DNA of 64,000 bases. It comes from an uncultured Acidimicrobiaceae bacterium (lineage in GTDB: Bacteria > Actinomycetota > Acidimicrobiia > Spongiisociales > ZC4RG35). Under the pieces are notes generated by a model. That model saw only the letters and a list, made by a program, of their open reading frames with translations, ran no database searches and was not told where the DNA came from. The stretch covers positions 3,331 to 67,330 of the forward strand of contig CAZZIG010000016.1 in assembly GCA_964653975.1 (NCBI GenBank), read 5' to 3'. How positions within the stretch are numbered: the stretch's first letter is position 1; each line of letters begins with the position of its first letter. Of this stretch, positions 57,809 through 64,000 are shown piece after piece. A program made the translations under genes and the position numbers.

Positions 57809-58834
57809 TCAGTCGTCGACCCGGACCTCGAAGCCCTCGTCGACGAGAGCCATGGTCAGGGCGTCCTTGCCCTCGCCTTTCACCGAGATGGTGAGGATGC
57901 CGCCCCCGCCGTGCTCTCCGTGACGAAGCTGGAAGTCGCGGACGTCCACCCTGCTCGTCTCCAGGGCATGGCCGACCCTGGCGATCTCCCCGGGTCGGTC
58001 CATCAAGACGACGCGGACCTGGGTGTGATGCTCACCGAGCCTCGCCCGGGCCACGCGGGCCGCTTCCAACCCGGCGTCGAGGTCCCCGGTCGAGTCGTCG
58101 CCGATGACCCGTCGCCATCCCTCCAGCGCTTTCTGGAGCTCTTCGATCGATGCATCCACCTGGCCGGCGTTGGCGGTGAGGACCTCCGCCCACCAGGTGC
58201 TGTCTCCGGCGGCGATGCGGGTCAAGTCCCGGAAGCCGCCACCGGCCAGGCTGAGAGTGGCTCCGTCGGCGTCGGCCAGATTCATGAGGGCGGCGGCGAT
58301 GACGTGGGGGAGATGGCTGACCCGGGCCACGGCCGCATCGTGCTCCCCTGCGGTCATCACCAGCGGGTTGGCGCCGAGCGACCGGGTGATCTCTTCCATT
58401 CGGGCGATGTCGCCCGGTTCGGCGCCGTCGGAGGTGAGCACCCACGTGGCGCCGTGGAACGTCGTCCGGGTGGCCAAGGACGCACCGGTGGTCTCTCCAC
58501 CGGCCATGGGATGGCCGCCGACGAAATGGGGGAGCTGCGATGCCGCCGCGATGATCGGGGCCTTCACCCCAGCGATGTCGGTCACCAGCGTGTCCGTGTC
58601 CATCTCCTCGAGTGACCTGACGATGGCGTCGGGCGGTGCCGCCAACACGACGAGGTCGGCGTCCGTCCCGGCCACGTCCAACTCCGATCCGATGGCACCC
58701 CGTCGCGAAGCTTCGGCCAGAGCCTCGGGATCGGGGTCCCAACCCGCCACCTCCCAGCCCTGAGATCGCAGACCGAGACCGACCGAAGCTCCGAGGAGAC
58801 CGGTCCCGTGGATGATGGCGCGTCGGGTGGACAT
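57809..58834 (-). CDS. tyrA: Prephenate dehydrogenase with C-terminal ACT domain
   Basis: IIHGTGLLGASVGLGL (Rossmann), FVGGHPMAG (TyrA catalytic His motif), and the C-terminal ACT-like VRVVLMDRPGEIARVGHAL. Confidence 0.88.
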   Translation of the reverse strand: MSTRRAIIHGTGLLGASVGLGLRSQGWEVAGWDPDPEALAEASRRGAIGSELDVAGTDADLVVLAAPPDAIVRSLEEMDTDTLVTDIAGVKAPIIAAASQLPHFVGGHPMAGGETTGASLATRTTFHGATWVLTSDGAEPGDIARMEEITRSLGANPLVMTAGEHDAAVARVSHLPHVIAAALMNLADADGATLSLAGGGFRDLTRIAAGDSTWWAEVLTANAGQVDASIEELQKALEGWRRVIGDDSTGDLDAGLEAARVARARLGEHHTQVRVVLMDRPGEIARVGHALETSRVDVRDFQLRHGEHGGGGILTISVKGEGKDALTMALVDEGFEVRVDD

Positions 58835-58892
58835 GGGAGACGCGAGGTTAGAGACACCAGTGGGTAGTGGCTATGCGTCGAATGAAGACGTC

Positions 58893-60440
58893 TCAGTCGT
58901 CGTCGAAGCGGCAGGTGCCGTCGCCCAAGACTTCCCGAGTCCCGTCGATGCATTCGACCAGCTGATCCTCTCGTTCGGTCACGTCCGGAGGCGGATCGCC
59001 GTCGGGAACAGCGAGTCTCCACGGGTAGCGGGTGTCCCAGATCATTATCGCGACCAAGTCACCGGCCGAGTCATAGCCTCTGGCCAGTGGAAACGTTCCG
59101 TCGCCGTAGCCGTTCTGAAAAACGATGGTGTCGTTCCCGTCGATGCCGTCCAGGTCTCCTGCGAAGACGTCGGTTTGTTCGAAGTCCCACCCTTCCATCA
59201 CCTCGCGGCCGACGGGATTGAACCCGTCTTCGTCGTCTTCCTCATTCCCGGCTCGCTCGATGACGGACATGGTCGTCACCCCGCCGACGCCACCGTCGGT
59301 GCTGTACGCGATCTCGAACTCACCCCAACGAGCGACTTCGCTCTCCGGCCGTTGGATGCGAACGCCGAGGATGGCCGTCCAACCCTCGAACACCTCCCTG
59401 ATCAATGAGACCTCCAGCTCCACCGTGCTGCCCAGGTCGACGACGGTGCTCTCTTCGGCGAAGAAGGCCGGATCCACCTCGATGCTGCTGCCATTCATCA
59501 CCCGCAGATTCCCATCCGGCACCAACAAGGTGGTGAGCTCCTCGAAGCGGATGCGCACATTTTCGGGCACCACGAGCTCGTACGGTCGACCTGATGGATC
59601 CAGACTCACTTCCAGGTCGACCACCAACGTCTGTTCGTAGTCTTCCCAGCCCAGCCAACCCGATCCATTGCCAGTGAAGTCGGCGGGGCAGTCCAACTCC
59701 TCGGGTGGTGTCAGGTCTGGCCAGGGCCGGCTCGCCGGCATGAACTGCAGCTCGGACACCTGCCGGACGACGTCTTTGGTCATCAGGCGCAGTCGCTGCA
59801 CGGCGTCTGTCTCATCGAGCCAGATGTCCAAGACCCAGACGACGTTTGTCACCGGATGCCCCATCACCGTTGCGGCCGGGAGCAGTCGAATGTCTTGGTC
59901 GAGCGACAGATTGGGTGCCGGATGCGACTCGAACCGCTCGAACGTGGCTCCTCGTCGGTCGGAATTCGTGACCGGGGATGCTCCCGTCAATCCGAAAGCC
60001 TCGAGCACGCCGCGCCTCGTTCGCAGTTCGTCGACCGACGCTGGTCTTTCCCGCGAGTTCTCACTCAGGTCGTCCCTGTAGGCCCCGGCCGCCTGGTCAC
60101 GTGACACGTATCTCCGGACCACTTGCTCGCCCTGGTTGGCCAACTGTTGGTTGGCCAACTGGACACGTCTCTCATGCTCCTCACCGACACCCCACACGTG
60201 ATCCGCTCTCAAAGTGCCACGGCCCGGGTCTCGAAAGCCGAACGAGACTTCCACCTCATCGACCGTCGAATAGTCCAGGTACGCGCTCTCGAGGCGGCAG
60301 ACCGCCCAGCGATACGAGCCCGGGCCGCTAGAGGCAGGCGTCGTTATCTCCAATGTCGGCACCGGCTCACCGCCGGCGTCGTCCTCTTGGGTGCAGGCCG
60401 CGAGGAGGAGGACGAGCATCAGCCCGGTGTGTATGACCAT
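58893..60440 (-). CDS. Hypothetical lipoprotein (515 aa)
   Basis: ORF 58893..60611 trimmed to the ATG at 60440, giving the lipobox MVIHTGLMLVLLLAAC. The C-terminal part (NGYGDGTFPLARGYDSAGDLVAIMIWD) resembles DUF4241-like sequences from memory, which is not verifiable here. Confidence 0.6.
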   Translation of the reverse strand: MVIHTGLMLVLLLAACTQEDDAGGEPVPTLEITTPASSGPGSYRWAVCRLESAYLDYSTVDEVEVSFGFRDPGRGTLRADHVWGVGEEHERRVQLANQQLANQGEQVVRRYVSRDQAAGAYRDDLSENSRERPASVDELRTRRGVLEAFGLTGASPVTNSDRRGATFERFESHPAPNLSLDQDIRLLPAATVMGHPVTNVVWVLDIWLDETDAVQRLRLMTKDVVRQVSELQFMPASRPWPDLTPPEELDCPADFTGNGSGWLGWEDYEQTLVVDLEVSLDPSGRPYELVVPENVRIRFEELTTLLVPDGNLRVMNGSSIEVDPAFFAEESTVVDLGSTVELEVSLIREVFEGWTAILGVRIQRPESEVARWGEFEIAYSTDGGVGGVTTMSVIERAGNEEDDEDGFNPVGREVMEGWDFEQTDVFAGDLDGIDGNDTIVFQNGYGDGTFPLARGYDSAGDLVAIMIWDTRYPWRLAVPDGDPPPDVTEREDQLVECIDGTREVLGDGTCRFDDD

Positions 60441-60552
60441 TCGCTTCCGCGTCGCCAGCCCGGCTCGTCTCCCCGGTCGGTGTCGTCGGCTCAGTCGGCT
60501 CTCCCACTCATACCGAGACAATGCTACGGCGGAGTCGACTTCGGGCCTTGGG

Positions 60553-60581
60553 TTGACTAACCGGGTGTTCACGGGCACAAT
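60553..60581 (+). promoter_or_regulatory. Candidate promoter TTGACT-N17-CACAAT driving a leaderless transcript that begins at the leader-peptide ATG
   Basis: -35 TTGACT is at 60553-60558, followed by a 17-nt spacer and -10 CACAAT at 60576-60581 (A2 and T6 conserved). The ATG at 60589 lies 7 nt after the -10. The geometry is the same as at 16602-16640. Confidence 0.5.
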
Positions 60582-60588
60582 CCCCCCG

Positions 60589-60666
60589 ATGAGCCGCGAC
60601 GCTGCTGCCACTCAGGACACCCGGTCCTTCGGCGCGTTCTACTTCGTCGGCTATTTCGGCGCCTAG
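60589..60666 (+). CDS. Candidate Phe/Tyr-rich leader peptide (25 aa) upstream of the CM-PDT-DAHPS fusion gene
   Basis: ATG 60589 to TAG 60664-60666 encodes MSRDAAATQDTRSFGAFYFVGYFGA, with 4 Phe and 2 Tyr in the last 13 codons. It ends 66 nt before the ATG at 60733. Confidence 0.45.
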   Translation: MSRDAAATQDTRSFGAFYFVGYFGA

Positions 60667-60732
60667 CGCCGACCTACCCCCACCCCCGCTGTTCCCTGCC
60701 CGATCCCGAATCCGCTTCACCGCGTGTCCTGA

Positions 60733-62820
60733 ATGGAGATCCCGATGTACGGCATCCTCGATTCTTCCGAAAACCCTGAGAACAACGACCAATCAAACGA
60801 GCTCGACGACCTCCGTGGTCTGGTCGACAGCATCGACGACGGCATCCTGGGCTTGCTGGCGGAACGTCGCCAGGTGGCCCGCAAGATCGCTGCCGAGAAG
60901 CAGCGGGCCGAACGTCCTTTTCGCGACGATCTCCGCGAGGAGGCGTTGCTGATCGAGCGTCTCGCCGCCGCCGGGAAGTACGAGCTCGACGCCGACCTGG
61001 TCTCCCGGGTCTGGGAGCAGATCATGGCCGACTCCCTCAGGGTCCAGTTCGACTACGTCCAGAACAGCGTGAATGGTCGCAAGGACGCGGTGGTGATCGC
61101 CATCCAGGGTGTCGCCGGGTCCAACAGCCATCGAGCCGCCCTGGCCCTCACCCCGGACATGAGAGAGCGCGAGTTCGTCGCCTGCACACGTTTCGCCGAT
61201 GCGGTCACCGCGGTCAAAGACGGCCGTGCGAACGTCGCCGTGCTCCCGATCGAGAACACGACCTCCGGCGCCATCGCCGAGGTCTACGACCTCCTCCTCG
61301 AGTCGAAGGTCTCCATCGTCGGTGAGGTGAAGGTGCATGTGAAGCATTGTCTGGTCGGGGTCAATGGCGCCTCCATCGCCGACCTCAAGACCATCCACGG
61401 TCATCCGCAGTCGGTGGCGCAGTGCTCCAACTTCCTCGCCGGGCTGGCCGACGTCGAGGTGATCTACGCCACCGACACCGCCCTCTCGGCGAAGCGAATC
61501 GCCGAGATCGACAACCCGACCGTGGCCGCCATCGCCAACGAAGAGGCTGCCGACCTCTACGGGCTCGAGATCCTCGAGCCCGGGATCAACAACCGGAAGA
61601 CGAACTACACCCGGTTCGTCGCCGTGGCGGCCGAGCCGGCCACCGTCGACCCTCAGGTTCCGGCGAAGACCTCACTCGTGCTCTCGGTGAGCAACGAGGC
61701 CGGCTCGCTGGCCGAGGTCCTCAACGCCTTCCGCACCGAGGAGATCCCGCTTGTCAAGCTGGAATCGAGGCCGATGGTGAACAACGCCTGGCAGGAGATG
61801 TTCTATATGGACTTCGAAGGCAACCTCGGCGACCAACGGGTGCAGCGGGTGCTCGAAGAGGTGCGTCGGCACACCATGTACCTCCGTGTCCTCGGCACCT
61901 ACCCGTCACGTGACCTGAGACCGCACCGGCGGCCGTCCCCGCAGCCGGAGCGGGTCATCCAGGTCTCCACACCTGGGTCGCAGCAAGCCGAGAAGTCGTC
62001 GTCGGATGGCCCCTACCGGCTCGCCGGGAGAAAGGACCTGGCCACCGAAACCGTGGTCGACGTCAACGGCGTGATCATCGGTGGCCCGGAACTGGTGATG
62101 ATCGCCGGTCCGTGCGCCGTGGAGTCGATCGACCAGGTGATGAAGACCGCCAAGGCGGTCAAGGAGTCCGGCGGGAAGCTGCTCCGGGGCGGGTGTTTCA
62201 AACCCCGCACCTCGCCGTACAGCTTCCAGGGTCTCGGCTGGGAAGGTCTGGACATGCTCGCCGAGGCCGGACGGGTCTACGGGCTCCCGATCGTCACCGA
62301 GGTGACGGCACCGGAGCACGTGGAGAGGATGGCCGAGAAGGCCGACGTCCTCCAGATCGGGACCCGCAACATGCAGAACTTCGCCCTTCTGAACGAGGTG
62401 GGCCGCATCAATCGACCGGTCCTGCTCAAACGGGGGATGAGCGCCTCGATCGACGAGTTCCTCCAGGCGGCCGAGTACATCCTGGCCGGGGGCAACCAGA
62501 GGGTGATCCTGTGCGAGCGGGGGATCCGCACGTTCGAGACCTCGTCGCGGAACACCCTCGACGTGACTGCGGTTCCCGTATTGCGTCGGCGTACCCATCT
62601 ACCCGTGATCGTCGACCCCTCACACGCCGCCGGTGATCGCGACCTGGTCGTTCCGCTGGCGACGGCGGGTGCCGCCATCGGCGCCCACGGGATCATGGTG
62701 GAGATCCACCCCGACCCGGAGAATGCCTTGAGCGACGGCCCCCAGTCGCTGACCCTCGAGGCGTTCGACCGGCTGATGGCGACGTTGTCCCAACGGGTGC
62801 AACCCGGGATCACCCCTTGA
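60733..62820 (+). CDS. Fusion protein: chorismate mutase (AroQ) - prephenate dehydratase - ACT - 3-deoxy-7-phosphoheptulonate (DAHP) synthase type I-beta
   Basis: CM covers about aa 22-108 (LDDLRGLVDSIDDGILGLLAERRQVARKIAAEK). PDT covers about aa 119-300 (VIAIQGVAGSNSH, LPIENTTSGA, NYTRF). ACT covers about aa 312-392 (SLVLSVSNEAGSLAEVL, LESRP). A Pro/Ser/Gln linker follows. DAHPS I-beta covers about aa 428-690 (LVMIAGPCAVES, GGCFKPRTSPYSFQGLG, IVDPSHAAG). An alternative start is the ATG at 60745, preceded by GGAGA. Confidence 0.88.
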   Translation: MEIPMYGILDSSENPENNDQSNELDDLRGLVDSIDDGILGLLAERRQVARKIAAEKQRAERPFRDDLREEALLIERLAAAGKYELDADLVSRVWEQIMADSLRVQFDYVQNSVNGRKDAVVIAIQGVAGSNSHRAALALTPDMREREFVACTRFADAVTAVKDGRANVAVLPIENTTSGAIAEVYDLLLESKVSIVGEVKVHVKHCLVGVNGASIADLKTIHGHPQSVAQCSNFLAGLADVEVIYATDTALSAKRIAEIDNPTVAAIANEEAADLYGLEILEPGINNRKTNYTRFVAVAAEPATVDPQVPAKTSLVLSVSNEAGSLAEVLNAFRTEEIPLVKLESRPMVNNAWQEMFYMDFEGNLGDQRVQRVLEEVRRHTMYLRVLGTYPSRDLRPHRRPSPQPERVIQVSTPGSQQAEKSSSDGPYRLAGRKDLATETVVDVNGVIIGGPELVMIAGPCAVESIDQVMKTAKAVKESGGKLLRGGCFKPRTSPYSFQGLGWEGLDMLAEAGRVYGLPIVTEVTAPEHVERMAEKADVLQIGTRNMQNFALLNEVGRINRPVLLKRGMSASIDEFLQAAEYILAGGNQRVILCERGIRTFETSSRNTLDVTAVPVLRRRTHLPVIVDPSHAAGDRDLVVPLATAGAAIGAHGIMVEIHPDPENALSDGPQSLTLEAFDRLMATLSQRVQPGITP

Positions 62821-64000
62821 CCACGGCGAGCGGCCGGAGTCGGGCGACCTTGCTGGCGAGCCCGGCCCGGTCGCAGACGTCGACCACGGCCTCGACGTCC
62901 TTGTAGGCGTAGGGAGCCTCCTCGGAGAGGAGACTGACCGACCCGGGGCGAACCGATATGCCTTGCTCGCCGAGTGCCTGGCGAACCTCCCGTCCGCTGC
63001 TGATGGACTTGGCCTGCTTCCTGCTGATCACCCGCCCGGCACCGTGGGCCGCCGAGCCGAATGCCGGGTTGGCGGATCCGCCCCGCAGTACCCAGGACGC
63101 GGTGCCCATGCTGCCCGGTACCAGTACCGGTTGACCGACGTCACGGAGCTCGGAGGGCAGGGCGGGATGACCGGGGCCGAAGGCGCGGGTGGCTCCCTTG
63201 CGGTGGACACACAGGTCGAGCCCGGATCCGGCGACTTCGTGACGTTCCAGCTTGGCCAAGTTGTGGGCCACATCGAACACCAGGTAAATGCCGGTCTCGT
63301 CGGGGGTGGTCCCCAAGGCGGCGGCGAACGACTCCCGGGTCTCATGGGCGAGGATGTGACGGTTTGCCCAGGCGAAGTTGGCCGCCGCCGCCATGGCAGC
63401 CAGATAGTCCGCCCCTTCGGCCGACTCGACGGGGACACAGGCGAGTTGACGGTCGGGCACGGTTATCCCGTGACGCGACATCGCTGCTCCCATGCCACGC
63501 AGGTGGTCGGTGCAGACCTGGTGCCCGAGACCGCGCGAGCCACAGTGAATCATCACCACCACCATGCCCTCCGCCAGGCCGAAGGCTCTCGCCGTCATCT
63601 CGTCTTCGACGGCGTCGACCACCTGCACTTCGAGGAAGTGGTTTCCCGACCCCAGCGACCCGATCTGGTCTTTGCCCCGGCTGGTCGCCTTGTCACTGAC
63701 CGCCGAGGGGTCGGCTCCATCGGAGCGCCCCTGCTCTTCGCACCGACTCAGATCGGCCTCTACTCCGTACCCGGCCCGCACCGCGGCCACCGCCCCCTCC
63801 TCCAAGATCGCCCCGAGGAGATGCCCGGGGGCGATGGCTCCCCTGCCGGGCCCCCGTGGAATCCTCCGGTCGAGCTGGTCCAGGATCTCCTCGGCGTGGG
63901 TCTCGAAGTCGGTGCGGTGGTATCGCGATCCGATGAGACGGACACCACAACAGATGTCGAAGCCGACTCCACCGGGGGAGACCACCCCGCCGTCGGAGAC
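62810..64000 (-). CDS. rtcB: RNA ligase RtcB (N-terminal end beyond the window)
   Basis: GGVGFDICCGVRL, GSLGSGNHFLEVQ, HCGSRGLGHQV, VAHNLAK and SAAHGAGR are canonical RtcB motifs. The frame stays open to 64000. The 3' end overlaps the convergent fusion gene by 11 nt. Confidence 0.92.
   Translation of the reverse strand, partial: VSDGGVVSPGGVGFDICCGVRLIGSRYHRTDFETHAEEILDQLDRRIPRGPGRGAIAPGHLLGAILEEGAVAAVRAGYGVEADLSRCEEQGRSDGADPSAVSDKATSRGKDQIGSLGSGNHFLEVQVVDAVEDEMTARAFGLAEGMVVVMIHCGSRGLGHQVCTDHLRGMGAAMSRHGITVPDRQLACVPVESAEGADYLAAMAAAANFAWANRHILAHETRESFAAALGTTPDETGIYLVFDVAHNLAKLERHEVAGSGLDLCVHRKGATRAFGPGHPALPSELRDVGQPVLVPGSMGTASWVLRGGSANPAFGSAAHGAGRVISRKQAKSISSGREVRQALGEQGISVRPGSVSLLSEEAPYAYKDVEAVVDVCDRAGLASKVARLRPLAVVKG

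Noticed and set aside
60628-60672. Hairpins around the leader-ORF stop codon interpreted as a classical terminator/antiterminator pair
   Set aside because: The two upstream segments are identical rather than complementary to each other. The stem is only 7 bp with a 3-nt loop, and no U-tract follows. The sequence alone does not support a canonical attenuator, so the leader-peptide idea is kept but the mechanism is left open.

Overview
High-GC, actinobacterial-type chromosomal window. The taxon call is an inference from gene order: thrC-rho-rpmE-(DUF1385)-prfA-prmC-tsaC-glyA followed by atpZ/I-B-E-F-H-A-G-D-C resembles Mycobacterium and related Actinobacteria. Four blocks are visible. (1) 1-13.3 kb is an aromatic-compound catabolic region. 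It holds an SDR, an orphan molybdopterin oxidoreductase large subunit, LysR and GntR regulators, and two divergent, translationally coupled operons for a protocatechuate/gallate 4,5-cleavage route (ligA, ligB, PrpF-family isomerase, ligI, FAD monooxygenase, opposite a GalB-type hydratase, ligK and a 6PGDH-like oxidoreductase). No recognisable ligC or ligJ is present. (2) About 13.3-27.4 kb is a visibly more AT-rich accessory island that ends exactly at the 3' end of a tRNA-Arg(CCG). It carries two ECF sigma/membrane-partner modules, a frameshifted DUF222/HNH (REP13E12-like) gene with a perfect LexA box on a leaderless promoter, a 75-bp near-identical copy of the HNH core elsewhere, an Asp-box propeller protein, and small enzymes (GNATs, HIT, deaminase, SnoaL, methyltransferases). 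(3) 27.5-50.5 kb is a core housekeeping block with thrC, rho, rpmE, prfA, prmC, tsaC, glyA, a Liv-type ABC transporter and the complete F1Fo ATP synthase operon, which is preceded by a perfect CRP/GlxR-type box. (4) 50.5-64 kb contains a 123-bp nested palindromic element, an ArsR/SRPBCC pair divergent from clpP with tandem 18-bp operator-like motifs, an alpha/beta-hydrolase-adenylate cyclase fusion, ABC-F, typA and tyrA. It also contains a 695-aa chorismate mutase-prephenate dehydratase-ACT-DAHP synthase fusion preceded by a promoter and a leaderless Phe/Tyr-rich 25-codon leader ORF, and a partial rtcB. No CRISPR array, rRNA, integrase or transposase was seen. The best candidates for something new are the fused aromatic-biosynthesis enzyme with its putative leader peptide, and the LigC-less mosaic ring-cleavage cluster. 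All family assignments come from reading motifs by eye and need HMM or BLAST confirmation.
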